Positions 18,013 to 28,931 of a DNA stretch of 55,716 nt are shown one piece after another; within the stretch, counting starts at the first letter, position 1; every line of letters starts with the position of its first letter. The stretch is from positions 1 through 55,716 of the IMG/VR virus record IMGVR_UViG_3300025127_000047, one strand, 5' to 3'. The DNA is from a virus. Its lineage: Duplodnaviria; Caudoviricetes. Below the pieces are notes generated by a model. The model had not been told where the DNA came from, did no database searches, and saw only the letters and a list, made by a program, of their open reading frames with translations. Made by a program: the position numbers and the translations under genes.

Positions 18013-19290
18013 ATGAATATAATAGAACTAGAAGATAACATTAAAGGCTTACCAGATAATAGTTTACAAAATGAAATGGTTAATCCTACTGGTATGTTTC
18101 CACAATACTTAGTTATGTCTGAATTGCAACGCAGACAAGAAATGCGTAAAGACTATCAAGGTCGTATGGCAGCTGAAGAAAAAACTCCTCCGCTTCCATC
18201 TATTCGTGAACAAATGATGGCAGGTATAACTCAACAACAACCAATAATGCAGGATAGCGGCATAGCAGGACTACTACCAGCTCAACCGCAAGGAGCACCA
18301 ATACCACCAACTATGTCCGCTAGTCCTGATGTAATGCCTATGTATGCTGGTGGAGTTGTGCGTATGAATACAGGTACACAAATACCTGATTTGTATGGTT
18401 TAACCACTGAAGAATTAAAATTAGCTGGTTTATATGATGACCCAAATACAGAAGAAGATGAAAGAATAACAAGTTATGAACAAGACATAATAGATTATTA
18501 TAAAACTTTACAAGAAGAACAACCTAAAAAAATAGCAGAAGAAAAAAGATTTGGAGAAGGTTTAAATTTAATGAAGGCAGGTCTTGCATTAGGTACTGCT
18601 GGTACATTTAAAGAGTTAAGTTCAGGATTAGAAAAAACTATAGATAGTATAGATGCAAGTAATAAAGCTATTTCTAAAAAAGAAGATGATTTGAAAAAAT
18701 CTAAATTAGAAAAAGCAAAAGCTATGGCTTCAATAGAAGCTAAAAGAACAGATAGATTAGCAGATTTATCTAAATTAAAAACTGAAAAACAAGCTAAACA
18801 AGCTTTGGCTGATTATTATAAATCTATGGACCCTAAAACTAAACTTAGTGGTCCGGGACAAATAGCTAAAGAAATATTAGATGGTGTATATGGACCACCA
18901 GAAAGTTTAAATATTTATAGAACAACAGATGCAGAAGGAAATGAACTTCCTAAACCAATTATTGATTCTAATAAATTATTAGAATTAGCAGCATCTAAAG
19001 TACCATCAATAGCTTCAGCAGATATTAGAACACTAGGTAGTAAACAAGAAGAACTAGCTAAATTAGTAACAGACCAAATGAGTAAATTTTCAACAATTCA
19101 AGAAGTAATTAATCTTGCAAAAGAAGAAAATATTAGTGAACAAGATGCATACGATAGAATTAAAATGAAAAAAGAACTTGAATTAAGAAAACAATTAGGT
19201 TTAGGTTCAGGAGCAGGTATGTATTCTGGTGGTGTTGTAGGTAAATCTTCTCAAAGTTTTAATGATGTGGTAAAAACCATCAATGCCTAA
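18013..19290 (+). CDS. Internal virion/ejection protein
   Basis: Helical charged protein lying between ejection genes; MYAGGVV and MYSGGVV motifs. Confidence 0.6.
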   Translation: MNIIELEDNIKGLPDNSLQNEMVNPTGMFPQYLVMSELQRRQEMRKDYQGRMAAEEKTPPLPSIREQMMAGITQQQPIMQDSGIAGLLPAQPQGAPIPPTMSASPDVMPMYAGGVVRMNTGTQIPDLYGLTTEELKLAGLYDDPNTEEDERITSYEQDIIDYYKTLQEEQPKKIAEEKRFGEGLNLMKAGLALGTAGTFKELSSGLEKTIDSIDASNKAISKKEDDLKKSKLEKAKAMASIEAKRTDRLADLSKLKTEKQAKQALADYYKSMDPKTKLSGPGQIAKEILDGVYGPPESLNIYRTTDAEGNELPKPIIDSNKLLELAASKVPSIASADIRTLGSKQEELAKLVTDQMSKFSTIQEVINLAKEENISEQDAYDRIKMKKELELRKQLGLGSGAGMYSGGVVGKSSQSFNDVVKTINA

Positions 19291-22200
19291 GTTTGTTCAA
19301 ACACCTGATGGAATAACACACCAGTTACCTGACAGTGTAACTGACGAAAACTATTTAGAAGAAAAAGAAAGATTTTTAGCTAACTATAATAAACCCCAAC
19401 TCCAAGAAGATTTCACTTCACAACCCCAACCCCAACCTCAATCTGAAATATCTACAGACTTACCCGGTCCTGCATTAATTGGTGCAAGTCTTTTAAGTAA
19501 TCTTGAAAAAAATGATGGAAGATTTTTTGATAGAAGAAATTATACTGAAGAAGATTTAGATAGAAGTGGTTTGTTATTACAAACAAGAGGTTCTTTTTCA
19601 AAATTATTTAGTGAGCAAGATGCTACTTACAATAGATTTAAAATATTAGAACAAATAGCAGAGTTAGAAAATGAAAGATTACAAATTTTATCTAAAGATG
19701 TTTTAACTGAAAAAGATAAAACTAGATTAGTTGAAATAGATAGATTAATAAATGAGGGAGAAGCACCAAATATTTCTGTAGAAGAAGCAGAAAAACAATC
19801 TATAAAAGAAGTTACAGATGCTATACCTTATATTCCTAATCCTGCTTTAATGGGCGACCCATCAGTTTATCAAGCAACTACTCTTAATCTTGCAGAAATA
19901 GAAAGAAATAAAAAACTTGGATTAAAAGATACATTAGCATACGAAACAGATAGAAGGGATAAATCTATAGAATTTCAATCAGGTATAAGATACTCTAAAA
20001 GTTTTGAAGACTTAGCTAGTGCTTCATCTTTTGATGAATCTATGGAAATATTTTTATCTGACCCATTAAGTTTAATGGGACAAGTGTTAGCTTCAAGTTC
20101 AGCACCAATGTCTGTATCTTTAACTTCTGGTGTTGTTGGAACTCTTTATGGGGGTCCAATAGTAGGTGCAGCAGCAACAGGTATTGCTTCTGGTTCAGTT
20201 GATGCAGTTTATTCTTTTACAGAATATATGCAAAAACAAGGTGTTGATATATACAATAATGATGATGTTGTAAAATTTTTACAAGACCCAGAAAAAGTAG
20301 CAGCTGCTAAAAAGTATGCAAGAACAAGAGCAACATTTATAGGTGCTTTTGATGCATTATCTTTTGGCTTAGGCTCTAAAATAATAGCACCTGCTAGAAT
20401 TGGTGGTGCTCATAGTAGAGCATTATTTAATTCATTAGTAGTTCAACCGCCATTACAAGGAACATTAGGTGGAGCAGGAGAATACTTTGCACAATTAAGT
20501 ACTTTAGAAGAAGGAGAGCAAATACGAGTTGGTGAAGTGTTTATGGAAGCTATAGGTGAATTAGCTTTTGCTCCTGTAGAAACAACACTAGCACAAGCAG
20601 GTACAGGATTTGCAGAATATAAAAGAATACAACAAGAAGCAATTCAAGAACAAAGAAAAAGATTTAAAAATTTTGAAACAAATTATGCAAACCTTACCCC
20701 AGAACAACAAAAAGCTATAGATGAAAAAGGTGCAGAAGTTTTTGAAAGAATACAAAATAATAATCCAGATAAATCTATAGAAGAAATTTTAGATTTAACA
20801 TATCAAGAATTACAAACAACCTTTGAAGCTTTTGAAGCTCGAAAAATTATTCAAGAAAATCCACTTGAAGATATTGCATACAATAAACTTGGAACAAGAA
20901 ATGAAGTTGTTTTTAAAGCAAATGAAGACGGAACTTTTAGTGTAGTAATTATAGATGAAAGACAGCCTAATAATTTAAAAATTCTTGGTACTTATAATGA
21001 AAAAGAAAAAGCAGCAAAAACTACTAGAGATTTAAACCATCAAATTAATACTTATGTAAATAGACAAACATTTCAAGAAGATGCAGTAATGCAAAACTTA
21101 AATCTTGATAATGAATTTGTAGAAGATTTTGCAAATGAAATATTAAATACTACTCTTGATGGTATATCTTTTGTAGATTTAGAAAGATTAGGGGTTGCTC
21201 CAGAAACTATAGCTCTTTTAAAAGACATAGCACAAAACGATTACACTGTACCGCCAAGTGTATTAAAAGCAAATTTATCTAAAAAACAATTTGATAAAGT
21301 AATGCAATCAAAAGCAGAAACTTTAAATGCTAAACCTAAAAAATCTATAGCAGGTACAGCTTTTAATACTTTATTAAAAAATAAAAATATTGAAAGTGAT
21401 ATTAATTCAGATAGTTTTAAAAGATTTGGATTGCATTTTGTTGGAGAACAAGATGTAAACAAAATGAGTGTAGCTCAAAAAAGAGTATTGTTTACTTTAT
21501 TAGATAACATACCAGCTTCTCCAGATAAAATAAATTTACCAGATTTTACTCCTAGAACTTTTAGTGTTGATGATTACAACAAAGCAAAAACAGAAATAGA
21601 AAATCAAGGTAAAGCTACATTAAAAATAATACAAGATGCAACAGGATTAAATAAAGTATCTGCAAAAAGAATAATGGAGTACTTTGTTACTGCTGGTTAT
21701 GTTAATAAAAAAGGTAACAAGTTTGAATTTGTTGGAACAGAAAATCAAATTTATAACTTAGATGGTACTCGTAGATTAACTTCAGATATAAATTTAAACA
21801 AAAGAATAAAGCGTATTGAAAAAATACTTGTTAATAATAATAAAATAAATCCAAATGTTCGTTCAAAAATAGCAACTTTTTTAGATGAACTTACAGACCC
21901 TAATATTAGAACAATAGCAGGTGGTAGTTATAATGCTACATTTAATGAAATACTTTATACAATAGATAGAGCAGACTTAAATTTATTAGATAAAAAATCA
22001 GACCAATATAATCCAAAAGAATTTTTAGCTACATATGCTAGATTACAAGGACACGAAAACTTTCATGCATTAGTAGAAGCAGGATTATTTACACAAGAAG
22101 AAATAAATGCACTTACAAAATTTGCAACTAATAAAAAAATAAGTAAAAAATATCAAGAAGCATTACAAAGAAAATTAAAAACAGAAGAAAAATATTCTGA

Positions 22201-25200
22201 TAAAACATATCTTGAATTTGCAACTGAACAATATACAGGTGTAGAAGGATATGAAAATCCTAATGATATATTAGAAGAAGCATGGGTTCATGCATTTGAA
22301 GACCTTATTACAACTAATGCAAAAATTACTGGCAGACCAAGAACAGCTTTAGAAAAAGTATCTAATTTTGCAAAAGCTGTAGGCAATGCTTTAGTAGGAA
22401 ATGGATTTTTTACAGTAGAAGATATTGTTGATAAAACATTACAAGGAAAAATAGCAGATAGAAATAGAGGTGTATCAAATAAAATTGAAAATACAAATAC
22501 AATATTTAATATACCTGAAGCAGAAGATGTAATTGTATCTGACCAACCAAGTGTTAAATATAGTGTAAACAGAAACTTATATTCTCAACAAAAAGAAGCA
22601 GAGATTATAAGAAACAAAATAAGTAATACACAAATAATATCAAGAAAATCAGATGGTACACCTATTTTAAATTGGGAACCTCAACTAACTTTAAATGTAT
22701 CTACTTTTATAGACAGCATTAAATTTAAAAATAATTCTGATATACGAGGTGCTGTAGGAAATAGTAACTTAAATATAATTTATTCTAAAATAATTAAATT
22801 ATTAAATAGACCTAAAGAAGAATTAATAAGTCAATATAATTTACAAGATAATGTTATTAATAATATATTAAATCCTATTCAATATAGTAGCCAACAAATA
22901 TTTGTTGAAGCAAATGAAATTTTTAGAAATTATTTACGAAATGAAAACATAGGTAATACAAGAACATTTAATCTAATGCCTTATAAAACATTAGAAGATG
23001 GTTATGAAGGTTTTGTTGTTGGTGAAAAAACAACTGATGCTAATAATTTATATTACAATCCTAGAATTTACAGCAGTCAAGCACAAGCAGAAAAAGCGTT
23101 AGAATCAAATGACGCACAATACAATCCTATACCTAATAGTAATATACAAAAAATTAGAAAGGTAAAGTTTTTTCCAAGAAATATAATTTTTAATCCAGCT
23201 TTATTAGGTTCTAAAGATGTTGAAAATAATTATCTTATTAGAAATCATAGTCCTAACAATATAACGGAGCCAACAACACAACTAATATTTAATAAATTTT
23301 TTGGAAACACTTCAGAATTACTTGTTACTAATGAAGTATTTGCTGGTGAGGTAGAAAGTTTTAATTTAGAAACTAATACACCAAAAATTAAATACTCTTT
23401 AAGAGAAACAAATGGTAGATTAATTGATGATGTAAAAGCAAAATTAGAAGAAGATTCTGGAGCTCCAACATTAGAAGGATATTTTGAACAATTATATGGA
23501 ACTGTTGCATCAATACCTCCAGCAGTAAAACAAATGTTAAGAGATGGGAGAGGAGAAGGTTCAGAATATATAGCACCATTAATGTCTTTAGGTCCAGAAG
23601 CTTTTGTAAAAACAAGAGTAGGCAAAAACACAGGTAAAGGAGTATTTTATTATGCCTTTGAATATCCAGAAGATTTAACTGTAAATCAAGCACAACAATT
23701 TTATGATGCTGTAAATTTTGTTACACAAGAATCTGTAAAATTATTTCCTGAAGAAGTGGTTGTTTATAGAGGAAGTCGTATAGATGATAGTTACAGTTTA
23801 ATTCCTACAACAACTAATAAAAGAATAGCAGAAGCTTTTGGAAAAAATTTAGATAGGAGAGATGAAAGAGTAGAAGAACTTTATTACGATAAAATAAGAG
23901 ATGGTGAAATAAGTTCAGACATAACTCTTGATGAGTTTAGAACAAATCTATTTAGTTCAAAAGGTAGCCCAAGAGATATAGCTAGATATGGTTATAATGT
24001 TCAAAGATTCCTTGTTCCTAAAGAAGCTATTGCAGTTAATATGAACGCTTTGTATAGAGGTGAATCTATACTTGGCGATGATGAAAGAAGTTTATTTTAT
24101 GATAGATATAATTATCAAAATGAACAAGAGCTTTTAATACCTACACAATTTTTAATTGATGATTATGGAGACACTAAAGGTACAGAAGTTTTAACTACGC
24201 ATCTTCAAGATGTTGCAAAAGAAAAAAGGGATAGAATTAGAATAGCAGATGATTTTGCAACTATAACATCTGGAAATTTTGCTGTTCCAAAAGACCAAGT
24301 AAAAACTTTAACCAGAACAGAACTATTAGATGCTAGGGGAGATTTAATAATCTTAGCTAATGACCCAAAGTATCAAACAAATTATGTAAGCGTAGAAGAT
24401 ATATATGAATTAGTAAATCACCCAGCTATGTTAGCTGTACAAAATGAGTCTTTAACTATTCCTGATGTTCTTGATAGTTTAACTTCTGAACAAGTAAATA
24501 AAAGAATAGAAGATATGCGACCTGATTTAATTCGTATAGCTGAAGAATATGCAGGTGGTAATTTAAAATTTGATAAACAAGCAATATTAATAATTGGACC
24601 ACCGGGCACAGGTAAGTCAACATTTGCTGAAGATATAGCAGAAAGAAAAGGTTATGCAATAGTTGATGCTGATGATGCTAAAAAACAAATGCCTGAATTT
24701 AAAAATGGTGTAGGTGCTAACGCTACACACCCATTTTCAAAATTAGTTGCTACTCAAATTCAACAAGAATTTATAGAACAAGGTGCAAATATAATAATTC
24801 CAAAAGTTGCTGGTAAGTCAAGTCGAATAACAGGTAAACCAAAAACAACAGGCATTATAGATACAATAATAGATTTACAAGCAAGAGGATATAAAGTAGA
24901 TGTTGTGTATCCAGATGCTAATATAAATCAAGCAATAATAAGAAATGTTACTAGGTATGGTGAAACAGGAAGATTTGTAAACCTTGATTATTTATTATCT
25001 ATTGATAATAAAGTAAGAGATAGTTATAACATAATAAAAGATTATTTTATTAATGAAAATAAAGGTAGGTATCCTGATATTGGTTTTACATATATTAATA
25101 ATAATTATAAATTAGGAGAGCACATTGTCGAAGAAGATACATCACAATTATTTCAAGACGATAGAGTCGTTGATGAAAGCAGAGGAAGAAGCAGAAAAGG

Positions 25201-28132
25201 CAGGGAGGGAACTTTACCCAAAAATGAAATCACAGAGGAACAAAATGCCCTTGTTGAAATTGCTAAAGAGCAAGAACAAAACTCAATAGAAGCAGGTGTA
25301 ACTCCTGTAATAAATACTAATGCTTCCCCTAGTGCTGTAGCCGCAGCAGTAAAAGCACAACAAGAAATTAAAAATAGTTCGTCTGAAAATAATGCAGATG
25401 TAGATTCTATTCTTTCTGATATACCTAATGATACTAAAATTAAATATTCATTTAATAGAAGTAACAAACCTTTAAATAAAAATGCTGAAGATTTAATAGA
25501 AAATTTAACAGTAAGAGATGACACTATTGAAAATAAAACTACCGGTCAACTTATACTAGAAGGTTTTAAACCAGTAGACCCATTAGCATTTAGAGAAGCT
25601 TTCTTAGACCAGTATGCAAGATTAGCTGAAACAGATTATAAAGCAGGTAGAAAAAATAAATACGGAGATAAGATGTTGCTTGGCAGTATGTCTGCAGGTG
25701 CAGCATTATATTTTTCTGATAGGTCAGGAGATATATTTCAACAAGCATTTTTAAGAGGTGTACCTGTATATGATAAAGATAAAGGATATACCTATGTAAC
25801 TAATGTATCTCCTATAGATGGTAAACCTATAGTTCCATTCTTTGATGTATTCAAACCAGCTTATAAAAATCCTAATTTGCTTTGGGCTTTTCAAGCAGTG
25901 CAAAGAGTTAAAAGAGAAACAAGATTTAACAAAGAAGGAAGAAAAGTAAAAGTAACAGCAGTTGATAGAAAAAGAGCTAAACAAGCTTTAAAAGATTATC
26001 CTGAATTACAAACCATGATTGATGAATATAACAGAACTAATGAACATACAGTTCAATTCTTAATTGATACAGGTGTATTAGATGAACAAACAGGTAAAGA
26101 ATGGTTAGCAAATTCAGATTACATTCCTTTTTATAGACCACTTGAAGGAGTTGAAGGATTTAAAGGACCAAAAATATTTCAAGGTTTATCTATAACTCCA
26201 TTTCAAAGAGCAAAAGGTAGTGAAGAAAAAGATATTGTTGACCCAATAACAGGCATTACAAATAATTTAAGAGCAGCTATAAATTTAGGTATGAAAAATA
26301 TAGCAGCTAATAGAGTAATGCGTAACTTTGTAGACATGGATATAGCTAAGAGAGTTAAAGGTAATGTTAAAGGACCAGACATTGTTACGATAAGAGTTAA
26401 TGGTAAAAATGTAAACTATAAAGTAGATGACCCAATGTTATATCAATCTTTTAGTGTTATGAGTCAAGGAGACTTTGCACCACAAGGATTGCTTATGAAT
26501 ATATTAAGAGGAACTAAAGGATTTGTAAGTGATTTAATTACAAGAGTTCCTGACTTTTGGTTTAGACAAATAGTAAGAGACTCTGCGTCTGCTTATGTTT
26601 TAAGTGGTGCTAATTATGTACCAATAATATCTTCTATTAAAGAAAGTATGAGTATAGCTAAAGGAATGATTACCGGTAATCTTCCAGATGAGTTTGTAAA
26701 ATTAAGAAATGCAGGAATAATTACAGGCTATGACAAAGGTGTAAGAGATATAGATAGTACTGAAAAACTTATAAATGGTTTATATAAAAATGCTTTTAAA
26801 AGTGAAAGACCATTAGCACAAAAAGTTTATATGTTTCCTATAGATTTATTAACTACTATATGGGACATAATGGGACAAGGTACAGCTATAACAGATGCTG
26901 CTACTAGAGTTGCTGTATATAAAGACACATTAAAAAGAACAGGCAATGAAGCTGAAGCTATATTCCAAGCATTAGAAGTTTTAAACTTTACAAGGCGTGG
27001 TAATAATCAGATGTTTCAATTATATGCACAGTCAACTATGTTTTTAAATCCAAGACTGCAAGGACTAGATGTTTTTTATAGAGGACTAACAGGAAGATAT
27101 GGTATAGGTAAAGGTTTATCAAGAAGTAAAAGAATGAAAGCTGTAATGATGAGAGTTGCAGCTATGGCTTCTTTATCTGTATTTTATTATTTATTAGCAA
27201 GAGACTCTGAAGAATATGAAGAAGCACCTGAAGAAATAAAGGATGCTTATTTAATTATTCCGGGCAGTAAAAAATTAGTTGGACAACCAATAGCTATACC
27301 TAAACCTTTTGAAGTAGGACTACTAACAATGACTATTCCCGAAAGGCTTACCTCTTATGCTATGGACGATATAGCAGGTAAAGATGTCGCAGATAGTTTA
27401 AAAAGAAATATAACTCATACTCTTGCAATAACACCACCAACAGCAGTTGACCCATTATTAGAAAACTTTTTTAACTATGATTTCTTTACAGGTAGACAAA
27501 TAGTACCTGATTATTTAGAGGGTACAGGAGACTTAGCATACAGACCACAAACAGATACTCTATCTAAAGTTATAGGAGATGAGTTAAACATAAGTCCTTT
27601 GTATGTAGAAAATTTATTTAGAAGTTATACTGGAACATTAGGCTCTTGGATTATGATGGCAACAGATAGTTTAATTAGAGAAGGTTTAACAGATGCAGAA
27701 AGAGTAAAGTTTGGACTCGACAGACTTCCAGTTGTAGGAACTTTTCTTTTACCAGCAGAGGGAAGCAACTATGAAAATCAATTCTATAGTTTAAAAGGAG
27801 ATGTTGATGATTTAGTTGCAACATTTAGACAGATAGAAAGTAATGTTGTTGATAAAGGAGATGGGTACGCTTTAGGAATGATTGATGAGTATAAGATAGA
27901 ATATCAAGATGCGTTAAAAGATTTACAGTCAGAGCTTACAGATACAGCCGACCAACTTAAAGAAATAAGAAACTTAGAATCTCAAATAATTAATAGCACA
28001 ACCCTTTCTTCCGAAGAAAAGAAAAGACAACTAGATAATATAAAGTCTATTAAGAATGATTTATTAAAAGGAATACCAGAACAACGCAAGTTTTATCTGG
28101 AAGAATTTAAAGAAAGAGCTGTAGTAAGATAA
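19283..28132 (+). CDS. Giant (2949 aa) polyvalent virion/ejection protein: hydrophobic helices, winged-helix, HExxH peptidase, ART-like, zeta-toxin-like kinase, LPD38-like C-terminus
   Basis: GHENFHAL..EEAW; VYRG..PTTTNKRIAEAF..NEQELL; GPPGTGKS..DADDAKK; YIPFYR, LNFTRRG..MFLNPRLQGLD, IPKPFEVG, NYDFFTGRQIVP. Confidence 0.85.
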   Translation: MPKFVQTPDGITHQLPDSVTDENYLEEKERFLANYNKPQLQEDFTSQPQPQPQSEISTDLPGPALIGASLLSNLEKNDGRFFDRRNYTEEDLDRSGLLLQTRGSFSKLFSEQDATYNRFKILEQIAELENERLQILSKDVLTEKDKTRLVEIDRLINEGEAPNISVEEAEKQSIKEVTDAIPYIPNPALMGDPSVYQATTLNLAEIERNKKLGLKDTLAYETDRRDKSIEFQSGIRYSKSFEDLASASSFDESMEIFLSDPLSLMGQVLASSSAPMSVSLTSGVVGTLYGGPIVGAAATGIASGSVDAVYSFTEYMQKQGVDIYNNDDVVKFLQDPEKVAAAKKYARTRATFIGAFDALSFGLGSKIIAPARIGGAHSRALFNSLVVQPPLQGTLGGAGEYFAQLSTLEEGEQIRVGEVFMEAIGELAFAPVETTLAQAGTGFAEYKRIQQEAIQEQRKRFKNFETNYANLTPEQQKAIDEKGAEVFERIQNNNPDKSIEEILDLTYQELQTTFEAFEARKIIQENPLEDIAYNKLGTRNEVVFKANEDGTFSVVIIDERQPNNLKILGTYNEKEKAAKTTRDLNHQINTYVNRQTFQEDAVMQNLNLDNEFVEDFANEILNTTLDGISFVDLERLGVAPETIALLKDIAQNDYTVPPSVLKANLSKKQFDKVMQSKAETLNAKPKKSIAGTAFNTLLKNKNIESDINSDSFKRFGLHFVGEQDVNKMSVAQKRVLFTLLDNIPASPDKINLPDFTPRTFSVDDYNKAKTEIENQGKATLKIIQDATGLNKVSAKRIMEYFVTAGYVNKKGNKFEFVGTENQIYNLDGTRRLTSDINLNKRIKRIEKILVNNNKINPNVRSKIATFLDELTDPNIRTIAGGSYNATFNEILYTIDRADLNLLDKKSDQYNPKEFLATYARLQGHENFHALVEAGLFTQEEINALTKFATNKKISKKYQEALQRKLKTEEKYSDKTYLEFATEQYTGVEGYENPNDILEEAWVHAFEDLITTNAKITGRPRTALEKVSNFAKAVGNALVGNGFFTVEDIVDKTLQGKIADRNRGVSNKIENTNTIFNIPEAEDVIVSDQPSVKYSVNRNLYSQQKEAEIIRNKISNTQIISRKSDGTPILNWEPQLTLNVSTFIDSIKFKNNSDIRGAVGNSNLNIIYSKIIKLLNRPKEELISQYNLQDNVINNILNPIQYSSQQIFVEANEIFRNYLRNENIGNTRTFNLMPYKTLEDGYEGFVVGEKTTDANNLYYNPRIYSSQAQAEKALESNDAQYNPIPNSNIQKIRKVKFFPRNIIFNPALLGSKDVENNYLIRNHSPNNITEPTTQLIFNKFFGNTSELLVTNEVFAGEVESFNLETNTPKIKYSLRETNGRLIDDVKAKLEEDSGAPTLEGYFEQLYGTVASIPPAVKQMLRDGRGEGSEYIAPLMSLGPEAFVKTRVGKNTGKGVFYYAFEYPEDLTVNQAQQFYDAVNFVTQESVKLFPEEVVVYRGSRIDDSYSLIPTTTNKRIAEAFGKNLDRRDERVEELYYDKIRDGEISSDITLDEFRTNLFSSKGSPRDIARYGYNVQRFLVPKEAIAVNMNALYRGESILGDDERSLFYDRYNYQNEQELLIPTQFLIDDYGDTKGTEVLTTHLQDVAKEKRDRIRIADDFATITSGNFAVPKDQVKTLTRTELLDARGDLIILANDPKYQTNYVSVEDIYELVNHPAMLAVQNESLTIPDVLDSLTSEQVNKRIEDMRPDLIRIAEEYAGGNLKFDKQAILIIGPPGTGKSTFAEDIAERKGYAIVDADDAKKQMPEFKNGVGANATHPFSKLVATQIQQEFIEQGANIIIPKVAGKSSRITGKPKTTGIIDTIIDLQARGYKVDVVYPDANINQAIIRNVTRYGETGRFVNLDYLLSIDNKVRDSYNIIKDYFINENKGRYPDIGFTYINNNYKLGEHIVEEDTSQLFQDDRVVDESRGRSRKGREGTLPKNEITEEQNALVEIAKEQEQNSIEAGVTPVINTNASPSAVAAAVKAQQEIKNSSSENNADVDSILSDIPNDTKIKYSFNRSNKPLNKNAEDLIENLTVRDDTIENKTTGQLILEGFKPVDPLAFREAFLDQYARLAETDYKAGRKNKYGDKMLLGSMSAGAALYFSDRSGDIFQQAFLRGVPVYDKDKGYTYVTNVSPIDGKPIVPFFDVFKPAYKNPNLLWAFQAVQRVKRETRFNKEGRKVKVTAVDRKRAKQALKDYPELQTMIDEYNRTNEHTVQFLIDTGVLDEQTGKEWLANSDYIPFYRPLEGVEGFKGPKIFQGLSITPFQRAKGSEEKDIVDPITGITNNLRAAINLGMKNIAANRVMRNFVDMDIAKRVKGNVKGPDIVTIRVNGKNVNYKVDDPMLYQSFSVMSQGDFAPQGLLMNILRGTKGFVSDLITRVPDFWFRQIVRDSASAYVLSGANYVPIISSIKESMSIAKGMITGNLPDEFVKLRNAGIITGYDKGVRDIDSTEKLINGLYKNAFKSERPLAQKVYMFPIDLLTTIWDIMGQGTAITDAATRVAVYKDTLKRTGNEAEAIFQALEVLNFTRRGNNQMFQLYAQSTMFLNPRLQGLDVFYRGLTGRYGIGKGLSRSKRMKAVMMRVAAMASLSVFYYLLARDSEEYEEAPEEIKDAYLIIPGSKKLVGQPIAIPKPFEVGLLTMTIPERLTSYAMDDIAGKDVADSLKRNITHTLAITPPTAVDPLLENFFNYDFFTGRQIVPDYLEGTGDLAYRPQTDTLSKVIGDELNISPLYVENLFRSYTGTLGSWIMMATDSLIREGLTDAERVKFGLDRLPVVGTFLLPAEGSNYENQFYSLKGDVDDLVATFRQIESNVVDKGDGYALGMIDEYKIEYQDALKDLQSELTDTADQLKEIRNLESQIINSTTLSSEEKKRQLDNIKSIKNDLLKGIPEQRKFYLEEFKERAVVR

Positions 28133-28207
28133 ATATTAAAGCGTTAATATTTGTTTGAGCTATAAGGATTAAGAATTTTTTTTATCACCTAGCCTACAAC
28201 CCTTTGT

Positions 28208-28630
28208 TTAAAGGGTTTTGTTTTTCTGTTTGTTAGTCTGGTTAGGACGCTGCGAAAACGCTGCGATTTTCAAAACACATCTAGGATTAACTTTATCAAT
28301 CCCACCAAATTTATAAATGACTTCTTTGATTTGCTCAAAGCTATCATCTTCTAATACTTCTGCTTTTACCAAAGCATCACAAGTAAACTTATCAATAATA
28401 GAACAAGGATTACTAACATCTAATCTCCTTTTACTCTTAGCGTAATATGTATAGGTTAAACGAACAGGGGTTTTATATTTAGGATAACTAATCCTAGAAA
28501 CTAAATCTTCTGCGTATATCTTTTTGGCACTCGCTAATGTTCTGTAATGAGCATTGCGGTAGTTATTAAGATTAAGAATGAACTTCTTATTCTTTGAGTA
28601 ATAAACCTCTAATGGTAAATCAATTTTCAC
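28208..28630 (-). CDS. rusA: RusA-like Holliday junction resolvase
   Basis: RRLDVSN...KFTCDALVKAEVLEDDS catalytic pattern. Confidence 0.75.
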   Translation of the reverse strand: MKIDLPLEVYYSKNKKFILNLNNYRNAHYRTLASAKKIYAEDLVSRISYPKYKTPVRLTYTYYAKSKRRLDVSNPCSIIDKFTCDALVKAEVLEDDSFEQIKEVIYKFGGIDKVNPRCVLKIAAFSQRPNQTNKQKNKTL

Positions 28631-28634
28631 TATT

Positions 28635-28931
28635 TTATTTTTCTTCTTTTAAAGGTCTTATTCTAAAAAAATTTGCGTGTTTTGGATAGGTGTGAATAAA
28701 GTATCTTGCGTAGTAGCAGATAAAGTCGTTGGATATTTTAAAGCAATCGCCTTTAGTATTGACATCTGTTTCCCATCTAATGCGTTGCATGACAGCCCAG
28801 TGAGAGTAATGTTTCCTACCTGAACGAATAGCTTCAAAGGTAAACTTTTGAAACAGTACCCACACTTTAGGATTTTTTTTATGCCAAGCCCACCATCTTT
28901 CTTTGTTAGTAAGCTTCTCCTCTACACCCAT
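28635..28931 (-). CDS. Phage hypothetical protein (WHKKNPKVW...RIRWET...KISNDF..YYAR)
   Basis: ORF track; operon context. Confidence 0.65.
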   Translation of the reverse strand: MGVEEKLTNKERWWAWHKKNPKVWVLFQKFTFEAIRSGRKHYSHWAVMQRIRWETDVNTKGDCFKISNDFICYYARYFIHTYPKHANFFRIRPLKEEK

